DNA from: Octopus vulgaris
Taxonomy: Eukaryota
Reading direction: 5' to 3'
NCBI GenBank assembly: GCA_951406725.2
Contig: OX597815.1
Location: forward strand, 195,982,001-196,046,000
Length of the DNA: 64,000 bases
The notes under the pieces were generated by a model. The model was not told the DNA's origin. It ran no database searches and saw only the letters and a list, made by a program, of their open reading frames with translations. The translations under genes and the position numbers were made by a program. This document shows, piece by piece, positions 25,442 to 40,050 of this stretch (its first letter is position 1; the number at the start of each line of letters is the position of its first letter).

Positions 25442-25865
25442 AGGTGCAGGAGTGGCTGTGTGGTAAGTAGCTTGCTAACCAACCACATGGCTCCAGGTTC
25501 AGTCCCACTGCGTGGCATCTTGGGCAAGTGTCTTCTGCTATAGCCTCGGGCCGACCAAAGCCTTGTGAGTGGATTTGGTAGACGGAAACTGAAAGAAGCC
25601 TGTTGTATATATGTATATATTTGTATGTGTGTGTGTGTGTATATGTTTGTGTGTCTGTGTTTGTCCCCCTAGCATTGCTTGACAACCGATGCTGTTGTGT
25701 TTACGTCCCCGTCACTTAGCGGTTCGGCAAAAAGAGACCGATAGAATAAGTACTAGGCTTACAAAGAATATGTCCAGGGGTCGATGTGCTCGACTATAAA
25801 GGCGGTGCTCCAGCATGGCCGCAGTCAAATGACTGAAACAACTAATAGAGTAAAGAGAGAGTAAA
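25442..25865 (+). mobile_element. SINE family A, full length
   Basis: aggtgcaggagtggctgtgtggtaag (A box), ggttcagtccc (B box), tail ggcggtgctccagcatggccgcagtcaaatgactgaaac. Confidence 0.92.
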
Positions 25866-26519
25866 CTTAACAGCACACAAACACACAAACACAAACACAA
25901 AACAAAATAAATACACACAAACAAACTGCGCCTCCGAAAGAATTTTTAATTGTCGAAATGAGATTGATTGCTAGTTTACACGAAGGCGAACCCTTTCAAA
26001 ATCCACTGCGGGAGTGATTTGGACGAGGGCCGTCCAAATAGCCGTGGGCCTCTTCGTGGTACCTTAAAGCCCGAGGAAAATGTAACCTCTACCCTACCCT
26101 ACCCCCCCCACCTCTTACAAACTCTGTATGAGTGTGTGCGTGTCTATGTGTGTGCATGTGCGTGTGTTTGTATATACATACATGCATATAGATTGATAGA
26201 GAAATAGATAGGTATAGATAGATAGATAGACAGACAGATAGATAAATAGATAGATAGATAGATAGATAGATATTATTCTTGCAGTTTCTTATTTAATTAG
26301 TAATCGAAGTCATTTATACACATTTCTTCTAATATATCTAATTAGCGATAGGAGAGATAAAAAACGATTCCTTAAACACAATATGGAATCGAAACCGGAT
26401 CGGAGACTGGAAATGTAATGTGTCATTCTACCGATGTCAAAATATAAACATACATAAATGCATATACATGTGTGTGCATGTGTGTGTAAATAGAGATTGG
26501 GAGAGAGAGAGAAAGAGAG

Positions 26520-26571
<52 letters not shown>

Positions 26572-28116
26572 GTATTTACATGACTTATATGAAAAAGCAG
26601 CGCCCATGACCTTTTTTTCAGGGCCACCAAACTGCTGGGAAAAAAAGTAGGGAGAAGAGCACACACACACACACGGATATACGTGTCTATGTATATTAAT
26701 AATCACACACACACACACACACAAATATATATATATACCCACACAAATGTGTGTGTGTGTGTGTGTGTGTGATTATTAATACACACGCCCCTTGATTGAA
26801 TGTCAGTAGCATTAACATATGAATGATAAGAGAGTATGCCTTCTCAGCGTGTTTCTGACTCTCGTTACAGACGTCTACTTCTTTCCTCTTACAATGTGAG
26901 ATAGAAAATACCCAGCATAATAATATATATATATATATATATGCATGAAAATGTACAAGGGTTCTGTTGCCAAACTTTACGTTATAACAAATAAATTTCG
27001 AAACTGTTCAGTGCATCGTTTCAATTCCTCGAATTCTACGCTCAGATCCTGCAACCGATCGGTGTGTGACGTTTATAGATGCCTCTATGTGTAGACCGTA
27101 GAGAATATAATTCTATACAGCAGTTTGAAAAGAACGATAGCAATCATCTCCCGCCCAGCCTCCCAAAAAGTTTCGTTTAACTATATATCTACACTGAATT
27201 TAGCAGCACTGTTACAGCGATGGTTTTAAATGACTTGTGTTTTGTATAACTTGCCTCCGTTTTCTGATTTCAAATCCCGTCTACGTCGACTTTTGCTACT
27301 CCACTTAGAAGGGTTGATAAATGAAACAAAAAGTCAAATAACAAGGGCTATGTTCTTCTATCTTTCCCTTTTTCGAAGAATTGACTACGTTCCATACTGT
27401 TCTATATATTTTAAAAAAATTTTGTTTCGGATTTATTTTCCTTCACAAGAATTAGAGAAGGGTTGGACTGAGCGAGTGGGGGTAAGCAACTTCTTTTCAA
27501 AGCAAGCATAGCTATGCTACAGGAACCGCCTAAGAAGGGAATTGATATGTAGTGCACGAAAGAACAGAATGAAAATAGAGAAAGAAGAAAAAAATCTTTG
27601 CATAGAATAATTTCTTTGATGGTAAGCCCAAAAGGTAAGGTTTTTGATCAACAGATGAAGGATCAAAGGCATTCCAGCTGGAATACTTCCCTTCTGTTTT
27701 ACGTGTATTTTATGTGCTTCAGGGGACCACAATAATATATGTAGTATTCTTTATTTATGACGCACTGTAAAGTGATTTAGGGGTGATTTAGCTATGAATT
27801 CATGTAAGTCTCGTAACGTAAGAGAGAGGATTCATTGTATTAGCTCCACAGACATTCTGAGTTCAAATTCCAATAACATCGAATAAAAGTAATCGATAAA
27901 TTAGGCCGATTAGAGGAGAACCCATGAAATCAAATGCTACTGATATATTTAATCAATAGCATACAACGCAAGTGAAATACTACTGTTCAATAAAATCGAT
28001 TTTATCCACACATACGCATCAACATGACAAAGCGAGAAATCATTAACATATAAGTGTCTCTGTGTTTGTGTGTTTGTCTAAACTTTCTCTCTCCCCCCTC
28101 CCTCTCTCTCTGTCCC

Positions 28117-28164
<48 letters not shown>

Positions 28165-28179
<15 letters not shown>

Positions 28180-28600
28180 AGTATATGTGTGTGTGTGTGT
28201 GTGTGTGTGTAGTATATGTGTGTGTGTGTGTGTGTGTAGTATATGTGTGTGTGTGTATGTGTAGTATATGAGTGTGTGTGTGTAAATATGCAGTATATGA
28301 GTGAGTGTGTGTGTGTATGTATGTAGTATATGAGTGAGTGTGTGTGTATATGTATGTAGTATATGAGTGAGTGAGTGTGTGTGTATATGTATGTAGTATA
28401 TGAGTGAGTGTGTGTGTATATGTATATAGTATATGATTGAGTGTGTGTGTATATATATGTAGTATATGATTGAGTGTGTGTGTATATATATGTAGTATAT
28501 GAGTGAATGTGTGTGTGTATATATATGTAGTATATGATTGAGGTGTGTGTGTATATATATGTAGTATATGATTGAGTGTGTGTGTATTTATATATGTAGG
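28165..28600. repeat. Minisatellite of about 33 bp (gtagtatatgagtgagtgtgtgtgtatatgtat)
   Basis: Direct inspection. Confidence 0.9.
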
Positions 28601-28634
28601 AGCTTCTACAGGACTATATGAGTGAATGTGTGTC

Positions 28635-28670
<36 letters not shown>

Positions 28671-28752
28671 AGTTGAAATTTATAGAAAACAAAAGACAAA
28701 GACAGGTGTATAAACAACAAGGAGGTGTATTAGTTTGACGATATATATATAT

Positions 28753-29153
28753 AGGCGCAGAAGTTGCTGTGTGGTAAGTAGCTGGCTTACAAACCAAATG
28801 CCAAATGATTCCGAGTTCAGTTCCACTGCGGTGGCACCTTGGGCGTCTTGTATTATAGCCTCGGGCCTTTTGAGGGGATTTGGTAGACGGGAACTGAAAG
28901 TAGCCCGTCCTATTTTTATGTATAAATATATGTATATATACATATGTGTGTGTGTGTCTGAGTTTGTACCCACACCATCACTTGCCAACCGACGCTAGTG
29001 TGTTTACGTCCCCCGTAACTTAGCGGTTCGGCAAAAGAGACCGATGGAATAAATACTAAGCTTACAACGAACAAGTCCTTGGGTTGGTTTGCTCGACTAA
29101 AGGCGGGCTCCAGCATGGCCGCAGTCAAATGACTGAAAGAAATAGAAGAGTAA
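28753..29153 (+). mobile_element. SINE family A, diverged; followed by a degenerate head fragment at about 29320-29470
   Basis: Homology to 25442-25865. Confidence 0.85.
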
Positions 29154-29806
29154 TATATATATATAGGTATATATACATATATATACATCACAGGAAAGTG
29201 TGTGCATGAGTGTGTGAATGCAAGTGCAAATATGCATTGTATATATGCACACGAGCATATATATATATATATATATATAGGTATATATATTATATATTAT
29301 ATTATATATATGTGTGAGCGTGAGTGCGTGAATCTGTGGTAAGAATTCTGCTTCCCAACCACATGGTTCCAGGTTCAGTCTCACTACGTGGCATCTTGGA
29401 CAACTCTATTCTAGTATGGCCTCGGGCCAACAAAGCCTTTGTGTGTGGATATTGGTAAAAGGAATCTGTTAACAGTTTTTTTTAAACACATTTCTCGCCC
29501 TAGTCCATGCTCGTTTCCTTTTTGTATATCTCACTATTTGTCTTGATCTTTTATATACTCGCTGCTTTTCTACGAAACAAGAGTAAACATTGCAGAACTG
29601 TTGTTCTAATGAGTTATGTGAATTTGTCACGTGATGAGGCACATATGCACCAAGGGATACTCCTGAACCAATTGTTAGATGTCCCACGATTGAAGGATCA
29701 ATGCTAGATATGTCGAGATAATTGTGATAAAAAACTTAAAATTCTCATGTATTCCATCAGTCATCTTTCAATGACCATATATATTTAATGTACGTGTGTG
29801 TGAGTG

Positions 29807-29850
<44 letters not shown>

Positions 29851-30054
29851 GTTGTGTGTGTGTATATATGTAAGTGTAGATATCTAAGAGGATATGTCTA
29901 TTTGATGGAGCATCATTACATATTTAGTCAGATTTGATTATTCTTGAAAAACTTCCTATTATTAATGAAGCGGAAACAACAATAATTTAGGTGTGTCATT
30001 TGTCTGTATAAAATATTTAAATTAAACATATCATTATCTATCTATCTCTCTCTC

Positions 30055-30105
<51 letters not shown>

Positions 30106-30824
30106 TGTGTCTGGATAGATAGATATCGATATGTGTATATATACACATACACACGCTTATATAGATACATATATAGAGAGATACATATATATTTAAATAT
30201 ATGTATATATAGGTGTATATATATATATATATAATGTATATATATATACATACACACTTATATGTGTATATATTTATGCATATATATATAAAATGGAAAT
30301 ATACAATTGTTAATTCAAAAATTGAACTTTATTAAAATAATATTATATTAACTTATGTCCTCATAATATATGATAAATAATATAAATATATATATATATG
30401 TTTACATATATATATATGTATGTATGTATATATATGTATGTATGTATATATATGTATGTATGTATATATATATATGTATGTATGTATATATATACATGCA
30501 TATATATATGTATATATATATATATGTACATAAATATACGTATATTTTTATATGTATGTATATGTATATATATATACGTATATATGTATATGTTATATAT
30601 ATATGTGTGTGCATATGTATATGCATATATATGAGTGTATATTTATCTATATATATGTATATATAGGTATATATATATGTGTGTATAAATAACTATAAGT
30701 ATTTATATGTATATATATATATATATATGTATGTATATGTATGCATATATCTGTTTATGTATGTTTATACATACGCACATATATATACATATACATGAAT
30801 ATATGTATATCTATATATATATAG

Positions 30825-30849
<25 letters not shown>

Positions 30850-30856
<7 letters not shown>

Positions 30857-30924
30857 GTATTAATGTATATGCATATCTATCTATCAATATATATATATAT
30901 ATATGTATGTATTAATGTATATGC

Positions 30925-30960
<36 letters not shown>

Positions 30961-31033
30961 TAATGTATATGCATATATATGTATGTATGTATTAATGTAT
31001 ATGCATATATATATATGTATGTATTAATGTATA

Positions 31034-31078
<45 letters not shown>

Positions 31079-31378
31079 TAATGTATATGCATATATATAT
31101 ATGCATATATAACCAGGTGGTGCTATTAAGTTAGACATGGCCTGGGCCAATACTGGCCAAAACCTTTCTAAGTTACTCTAAGTTATATATTTATGTATGT
31201 ATTAATGTATATGCATATATATATATGTATATATATGTATTAATGTATATGAATATATATAGATGTATATATATGTATTAATGTATATGCATATATATAT
31301 GTATTAATGTATATGCATATATATATATATATGTATATATATGTTTATATATGTATATATATGTATTAATGTATATGC

Positions 31379-31410
<32 letters not shown>

Positions 31411-31924
31411 GTATATATATGTATTAATGTATATGCATATATATATATATATGCATATATATATATGTATATATATGTATATATATGTATTAATGTATAT
31501 GCATATATGTATATATATATGTATATATATGTATTAATGTATATGCATATATATATATATGCATATATATTATATATATGCATATATATGTATGTATATA
31601 TATGTATTAATGTATATGCATATATATATATGCATATATATGTATGTATATATATGTATTAATGTATATGCATATATGTATGTATATATATGTATTAATG
31701 TATATGCATATATATATGCATATATATGTATGTATATATATGTATTAATGTATATGCATATATATATATATATGCATATATATGTATGTATATATATGTA
31801 TTAATGTATATGCATATATATATATATATGCATATATATATGTATGTATATATATGTATTAATATATATGCATATATATATATATGCATATATGTATGTA
31901 TCTATATGTATTAATGTATATGCA

Positions 31925-31959
<35 letters not shown>

Positions 31960-32650
31960 GTATTAATGTATATGCATATATATATATGCATATATATATA
32001 TATGTATATATATGTATTAATGTATATGCATATATATATATATGTATATATATGTATTAATGTATATGCATATATATATATGCATATATATATATATGTA
32101 TATATATGTATTAATGTATATGCATATATATATATATGTATATATATGTATTAATGTATATGCATATATATATATGCATATATATATATATGTATATATA
32201 TGTATTAATGTATATGCATATATATATATGCATATATATATATGTATATATATGTATTAATGTATATGCATATATATATATGCATATATATATATGTATA
32301 TATATGTATTAATGTATATGCATATATATAGATGCATATATATGTATGTATATATATGTATTAATGTATATGTATGTATATATATGTATTATTGTATATG
32401 CATATATATATATATATATATGCATATATATGTATGTATATATATGTATTAATGTATATGTATGTATATATATGTATTAATGTATATGTATGTATATATA
32501 TGTATTAATGTATATGTATGTATATATATGTATTAACGTATATGTATGTATATATATGTATTAATGTATATGCATATATATATATGTATAAATGTATATG
32601 CATATATATGTATATATATATATATGTATTAATGTATATGCATATATATC
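30850..32650. repeat. AT-rich satellite built on tatgtattaatgtatatgcata(ta)n
   Basis: Dozens of recurrences of gtattaatgtatatgcat. Confidence 0.95.
31112..31185 (+). mobile_element. Extremely 5'-truncated 3' end of the CR1-group LINE
   Basis: accaggtggtgctattaagttagacatggcctgggccaatactggcc is nearly identical to 9854-9900 but has a different short tandem tail (tctaagtta). Confidence 0.85.
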
Positions 32651-32690
32651 TTTATATATATGTACATATATATGTATATATATATATGAG

Positions 32691-32727
<37 letters not shown>

Positions 32728-33139
32728 TGTATATCCTTTTAATCCCTCAAGTATCTGAGTGATGTAATTGGATTATATATCTCTCGCATTTCTTCGTATC
32801 TGCGCTTTGTCATCTAAAAATACCGAGTCTGTAGTTCATAGCCCTTTAGGAATTCTCTTTATATTACTTAAAAACAGCAGATTGTAAATTTGCTGGTGTG
32901 CACAAAGCTTGTTTATGCTGGATTTAAATCGTGCTGGAGTATGCAGCAGCTTTGATTGATGTCGATGCGAATATTATCTAGCAGTTTATGTACACGCGAT
33001 TCTGGAAAGACGAAACTCTATGACATTTTTCCCAGGCCAGGATTTCATGGAAATAAGCCTCGTACGATTGCATTTCACACACACACACACACACCCACAC
33101 ACACACATGCATATATATGTATGTGTGTGAGTGTGTGTA

Positions 33140-33993
33140 CGTGTGGGGTAAACAAAAGTAACTGGAAACATTGTCTGTGTGAATTGTCCGTTGTGGTTCA
33201 GGCTCGACCGTTAGAAGCCACTTGAAGCGACCCTCAGGCATCAATATGCCGACGTTGGAGTCGAGAGTGGTCCTACTGCTACGTGGTGCGACTTTGCTTT
33301 GAAGTGCCTCTTCCTTGTTCGCCGATTTTGTCGATGGTTGAAACGGAGGAACATCTTGCTTCCATGACTTCCTGTTTTCTACTGGAGAAAACGGCGGTCG
33401 AAACAGTTGTCATGCTTCTTACTGCTTACAAGGGTGCTGCCATGAGCAAAACACAAGTTTACGAACGGTTCGTACGCTTTAGGAATGTCAATTTTGGCTC
33501 GGAGACCAACCTCACTCAGAACATCCACCGAACTCCTGAACGAATGAAAACCTGAAAATTCATGAACTGACCTTGGAGGACCATCACCGAAGTATTGACG
33601 ATCTTGTTTATTTAACTGGTGTGTCCTGGAGCTCCTGTCAACGAATTTTGAGCGAGCAATTGCAAATGAAAAGAGTTGCTGCAAAATTTGTGCCTCACTT
33701 GCTCACAGACAATCAAAAGCTGTAACGATTGAATATTTCGAAGATCACCGCTGGTAACGAAAGCTGGTGCTAAGGAATTTGAGGATGTGGAAGAGGTTAG
33801 GAAAGAAACGACAGAGGCGTTAAGAGGCATCACTTTGCAAGAGTTCCATCACTGCTTGGAACAGTGAAAAATGCGTCTAGACCGATGCATTGTTTCAAAT
33901 GTAGAATATTTGAAAGCGATAAAAGTGTTAACGTGTAAATCTCAGTGATAAAATAATATTCAAAATTCCGGGTTCTTTTTGGTATCCCTCTTG
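33140..33993 (+). mobile_element. Internally deleted mariner transposon
   Basis: CFLLEKTAVETVVMLLTAYKGAAMSKTQVYERFVRFR, CQRILSEQLQMKRVAAKFVPHLLT, ITAGNESW, then a jump at about 33773 to FEDVEEV...RLDRCIVSNVEY. Degenerate TIRs. Confidence 0.88.
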
Positions 33994-34018
33994 TTTGTGT
34001 GTGTGTGTGTGTGTGTGG

Positions 34019-34049
<31 letters not shown>

Positions 34050-34171
34050 ATCCTCCTTCTTCCTTTCTTTCCTGAGCGTCCAATAATACTTTATTTGTTC
34101 CACGTCCTTGCGTTGTTGTGTTTTTTTGTTTTTGTTTTCTTGGTTTGATTAACTTTATATTTATATATATA

Positions 34172-34421
34172 TGCGGAGACGCGTGGCTTAGTGGTTAGGG
34201 TGTAAGAATCATGATCGTAAGATTGTGGTTTCGATTCCTGGAACGAGCGACGCGTTGTGTTCTTGAGCAAAACACTTCATTTCACGTTGCTCCAGTCCAC
34301 TTAGCTGGTAAAAATGAGTAACGCTGCGATGGAGTGGCGTCCCGTCCAGCTGGGGAACACATACGCCATAGGAACCGGGAAACCAGGGCCATAGGCCTGT
34401 CTAGGCTTTAAAAGGGCGCAA
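34172..34421 (+). mobile_element. SINE family C, full length
   Basis: A box tggcttagtgg, B box gtttcgattcc, ttgtgttcttgagcaaaacactt, ctgcgatggagtggcgtcccgtccag; same family as 4912-5163. Confidence 0.9.
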
Positions 34422-34473
34422 TATATATGTATATATAAATACATGTTTGTATGTATGGCGGTGTATGAATATA

Positions 34474-34634
34474 TGAGAGGCGTTGAAAAGTTCCTAATTT
34501 TGGGTGAAAGAAAATAGAAGAGGATAAATTAATCATGATTTTATTCAGTTTCACTCACTTATTGCAGCAGCCCTTCAGTTTTCTAATCCCTTCCTCGATA
34601 CCCTTAAAGCCAATAACTTTTCAGCACTCCTTCG
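34474..34634 (-). mobile_element. Mariner-derived MITE
   Basis: TIR-like ends gagaggcgttgaaaagtt and aacttttcagcactccttcg; internal gggctgctgcaataagtg shared with 60004-60200. Confidence 0.65.
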
Positions 34635-35311
34635 AATATGTTGCGTGTAAATATGTATGGGTGTCTCTGTAGGTATACAGTTTTAGCGCAGTCGACATGG
34701 ACTTCGTCCCATAAAACGAGCCTAGACAATTCTTGCGTGACGACCTTCAATACAATTATTGGCCATGTTTTAAGATTGGAGTTAGTTACGATTGATGCTG
34801 GAAAACAATGGCTTGTCTGATAACCAGATTTACTTCCAAATAAAAGTGACCACAATAGGCATCATAGTTGCCGTACTTATTCAGAAGGCTTGCGACAGGA
34901 ATTCTTGAATTGAAAGCCCATGTCCGTTCAGGGATTTGTTTTGACCAGCGTTTCGTACCTATTTGAAAATAAACTTCTAAAATTTTTCAATTGATGGTAT
35001 TTATTAATTTTAACTATGAAGGTGAATGCTTGGAAACTTTCTGTTTGGAACATTTTGGAAATATTGGCGAGAAAGTTTCAGCGGTTCTCTACAGCAAAGA
35101 TATTAACACATACCAGTAATTAGATTTCAGATCTTGTCCCATTGAATAAGACAAGACGTTTCGCACTCAAGTAGACAACTCACAGAACTAAAAATATCAC
35201 TTGGGTAATGAAAATGACCGGAAAACCCCCCAAAAAATGAGTAAATTATATCATAACCGAAGCAAAAGAAATCCCAATCTCTGACGAAGAAACCCTCACA
35301 ATATTCTGAGA

Positions 35312-35863
35312 CCTCCTTCGGTCATGACACAGACCATGGGATTGCACCTAGAAAGTTACCCTCCCAGGCACACTTCCGGGCAAGGTTGTTTATGGAAGAC
35401 CAGCAGTCACCCATGCATACCGGCCTCCCCTCTCCACGGCACCAGTGTTATCCAAGTGAAAGGCAAAGGGGACAATACAGCTTAGCACCTGTGACGTCGC
35501 AACTCATTTCTACAGCTGAGTGAACTGGAGCAACGTGAAATAAAGTATCTTCCTCAAGAACACAGCACGCAGCCCGGTCCGGGATTCGAGCTCACAACCT
35601 CACGATCTATTTCTTTACTACTCACAAGGGGCTAAACACAGAGGGGACAAACAAGGACAGACAAACGGATTAAGTCGATTACATCGACCCCAGTGCGTAA
35701 TTGGTACTTAATTTATCGACCCCGAAAGGATGAAAGGCAAAGTCGACCTTGGCGGAATTTGAACTCAGAACGTAACGGCGGCGTGCTAACGTTTCTGCCA
35801 GCTCGCCACCTTAAATCATGATCGTAAGCTTGATGCTCTAACCACTGAGCCATGCGCCTTCAC
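35312..35863 (-). mobile_element. Family-C-like SINE with a different long tail, interrupted by a nested family B SINE at 35608-35812
   Basis: The head is split between its A box (about 35843-35853) and B box (about 35581-35591). Degenerate TSD tcacgatc / tcatgatc. Confidence 0.85.
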
Positions 35864-36603
35864 CAATATAGATGAAGAGAAAAACATAACTATTCTATTT
35901 GAAGTTTACCCTTAATCCTAGAAGCCATGACATCGTGCATTCGGCCCATTTACACCATCCATTTTGCATCAAAGACTAAATCACAGAGGAATATTTGAAG
36001 AGTAGCACAGCCGAGGCCAGCCACGAAATCTTGAAAGAATCTCAACGAAAGTGTGGAGAAACATTGTGGCGGGATGTTTCAATTAACGGAACAAGGCAAA
36101 TAAAAACTTTTAAGAACGAAAAACTGAAAAATTAATGAAAATATAAATTGTAAAGCAAAAGATCTCGCTTGCTACTTCATATGTCCACAATGCTTTGAGA
36201 ATTATATTGCCCCAGCAAGGTCAAAACTAATACATCGGTTTTGGGTACACGATCATCGAGTCAAAGATTCATCTCATAGCACCGCTCCACACAGCGTGCC
36301 TAAATATTTACTGATTTACTGTTAAACAAAATTATTTTTTCCCTCTGCTCGAGACATATAGCAAGATTCTGAAATATTTCTACTAGACAACTTGGAATTT
36401 ATGTTCTTTACCGCTGATGATAGTCCAGTTGTCGCTTTTGTGCAGAAAGATTGAAGTGACGAGAGGCAGTTATTCATCCTCTGTTCAGAATCCTTTGTTG
36501 GATGTTAACAATACCGCCGTTGTGGTCGCTATTTAGGTGCAAATCGGCTCTCATTTCGCATATTTATGATCAAATGCATTCTAAATGCGACCACACACAC
36601 ACA

Positions 36604-36660
<57 letters not shown>

Positions 36661-36665
<5 letters not shown>

Positions 36666-36835
36666 ATCCCAAAAAGAAAGCACAAAAAAACACAACAACG
36701 CGAGGACGTGGAACAAATATAGTATTATTGGACGCTCAGGAAAGAAGGAAAGAAGGAGGGTTTAACGTTTCGAGCGGAGCACTTCGTCGGAAACATAGGA
36801 GAAGGAAAGATCCAGAGAAGGGAAGACAGAGGAAT
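36661..36835 (-). mobile_element. PLE-like element family H1 with a hammerhead motif at 36760-36794
   Basis: Minus strand GTTT-CCGACGA-A-GTGC-TCC-GCTC-GAA-ACGT-T-AAAC; flanked by (TA)n. Confidence 0.75.
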
Positions 36836-36859
36836 ATATATATATATATATATATATAC

Positions 36860-37355
36860 ATACACACGCACACACACATATACATATACATATACGACTG
36901 GCTTCTTTCCGTTTCTGTCTACCAAATCCACTCACAAGGCTTTGGTCGGCCCGGGGCTATAGTAGAAGACACTCACCCGGAACCATGTTGTTGGTAAGCA
37001 AGCTACTTACCACACAGGATCATATAATGTATTCTTTTATTCTTATACTTGTTTCAGTCACTTGACTGCGGCCATACTGGATCACCGCCTTTAGACAAGC
37101 AAATCGACCCCAGGACTTATTCTTTCTAAGTCTAGTAATTATTCTATCGGTCTCTTTTGCTGAACGATTATATTACAGGGACATAAACACACAAGCATCG
37201 GATGTCAAGCGATGCTAGGAGGAGAGACACAGACACAAACATATATACAAGTACATATATACACGACGGGCTTCTTTCAGTTTCCGTCTACCGGAGTCTA
37301 TAGTTGAAGACACTTACCCATGGTGTCACGCAGTGGGACTGAGCCCAGAACCATG
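36860..37355 (-). mobile_element. Two partial family A SINEs in tandem
   Basis: 36860-37017 (head half) and 37033-37355 (internally deleted copy). Confidence 0.8.
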
Positions 37356-37372
37356 CATATGTGTGTACATAT

Positions 37373-37425
<53 letters not shown>

Positions 37426-38934
37426 TTTGAGCGCGCATGCGTGTGTGGAGATTGCGTGCACGAGTTTGCCTCGACATAGAGGGAAGGAGAATATAATAAA
37501 TATAATATATAAAGAGCAGCAGAGAGCAGAAGCTAGCCCTGCTTTAGACTAGACACTGCAACACGTGTATGTGCGCGCGCACATACACAAAAACCAGTCG
37601 TGTATATTATTACTTGCTCAAACTATGTCACGCATCACATCTAATTACATCATACACAAACATCACACACTCACTGTCTGTTTGAAACACACACACACAC
37701 ACACACTCGCACATACACACACTCGCATATGCACACATACACACACACAAGCTATTCCCAATAGCGTGCGCGTATATGAAACAAGCACCCACGCGCATGA
37801 ACCGCAAACGCAGGCAGGCACAAGATGACACAACTTCGCTCTGACAAAACAAGCCAACACAGACGCGTGCGCGCAACACAGAAACGCAGTAGCGCGCATT
37901 TAAACGCGCACGGACGCACACACACACAAACACACAAACACACACATACACACACACATAACATAACATACATACACGCATCCGTACATACATCCATCCA
38001 TGCATACATTCATACAAATTTTCTTGCGTACACGCGTACTGTTCTGGGTTTCCCTCATTCTCTTCTTCCCTCGCTCCGTCCTTCTGTCTGCCTTCCTTTT
38101 TCTTTCTCTCTCTCACTCACTCTCTCCCCCCTCTCTCTCCCTCTCACTCTCCTTCCCCCCTCTCTCTCTCTCCCTGCCCCTCTCTGTTTCATTCTCTCTA
38201 CCTCTCTTAATAAACGGCCCGAACAATTTGCCGGTAAATATACACAGCATAGGAAAAAAACACTAACTATATATGAAAAAAAAAACAACAACAACAAAAA
38301 GAAACGACACCAGAGACTTAAACAGCAACAACAACAACTTAAAAATCAACATAAACAGCGCCAGGCAGAATATGAACTACAACAACAATACCAGACACAA
38401 GAACAACATCAACAACAGCACACACCACCCTCACATTTTTTAATATGTACTTCGAGCCTCCTCAATGCTAGCAGCTACCGTTTTATTTCTTTCTCGTCGC
38501 AAAACAACAAACCAAGGAAGATGTTTTAATTCAGTGGTGAAAGCTACAAGCGTTTCTTGCGTCCGCTAAATATAAAACGCGAGCACCACGCGTGCGCGCA
38601 CACACACACATACACATTGACACAAACACACATACACACACGTGCGTGTTTGTGTATGCCTGCATATATATATACACACACACATGTTATATGATGTATA
38701 AAAAATGTAATATACAAATGAATATCTGTAAATATAAACCATCCGATTTTCCGAGTACCTCATTTCTTCGAATATATATATATATATACATACATAAACA
38801 CACACGTGCATGTATGTATGTATGTAGGTATGTATACATATATATATACATATACAAACACACATATATACACACGCACATAGACATGTATGTAAAACAC
38901 ATACACAAACACATATAAACACATACACACACAT

Positions 38935-39305
38935 ATATATAATCTAAATAATATATAATTATATCCATATACACATATATATGTACATACCTACATATCA
39001 TATATATGTATATATATATACATGCATATATGGGTACAGGACATAAAAATAAAAGTTGAACACAATGAGAAATGAAAACATAACAACAAAAACACCGAAA
39101 GGAACTTTTTTTCAAACAAACAAAAACAAACAAAGAGACGAGACATACAAGATAAAGAATATTCCCCTTCTTCAGTTGTCCCTCTTTCATCTACTCCGCG
39201 TTACGAAGGTAATATATGTAGGGTATGCACATATATGTATGTATATATGCATATAATTATATATTATTTATATTATTATTATTATATGATCGAACGCCAC
39301 GCATC
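38935..39305 (-). mobile_element. PLE-like terminal fragment, family H3, with an inverted tip
   Basis: catgcatatatgggtacaggaca...gaacacaatgagaaa is shared with 60877-61175; about 39212-39280 is an inverted copy of about 38935-38998. Confidence 0.55.
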
Positions 39306-39522
39306 CTTTTCCAAGTATATATATATATATATATATAGGTTATAAAATGAGATAGGGGTTGAAAATTCAACCCACCATGGGATAATATATATCCAATATA
39401 CTGCTAGATAGGTACCCAACATGCCTTTACTCATATGTAATGGTGTATTAAAGTATGGATTGAGTATCATCGGATAGTTGATGTTTTACTGATTTAAGTA
39501 TGTTTCTCCATTCTCTAATTTT

Positions 39523-39558
<36 letters not shown>

Positions 39559-39773
39559 AGTTCAGTAAAAATTTAGATTCCGTTGAATATATATATATAT
39601 ATATGTGTGTGTATGTATGTATATATATATGTGTGTGTGTAAAACACACACACACACACACGAGTAGACTCTTAGAGAGAAAGTGGGGAGAAATCAGATG
39701 CATGCTAAATTCTAGTTCAGCAGCTTATGTACACACGAGCAAGTCGATTCAAAACTACTGAGAAGAACAGCAA

Positions 39774-39774
39774 T

Positions 39775-39806
<32 letters not shown>

Positions 39807-40050
39807 TTACTACTAACACCACTACTACTACTAACGCTACGACTACTACCACTACTACTGATGAAACTCGATCTACGACAGGTACGCGATCCGCTACTGT
39901 TACTACTACTACTACTACTACTACGACTTTACAACAACAACTACTACTACTACTATTACTACTACTACCATTACAACTAGCACCGACATCGTCACCATTA
40001 ACACCATTACCACCACCACTACTACTATTACTACCACTACTACTGTTATT
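39774..40050. repeat. Compound (CTA/CAA/CCA)n trinucleotide tract
   Basis: Direct inspection. Confidence 0.9.

Noticed and set aside
37825-38529. 234-aa ORF with a Gln-rich segment
   Set aside because: Composed of CA, CT and CAA low-complexity runs; no domain and no clear splice support.
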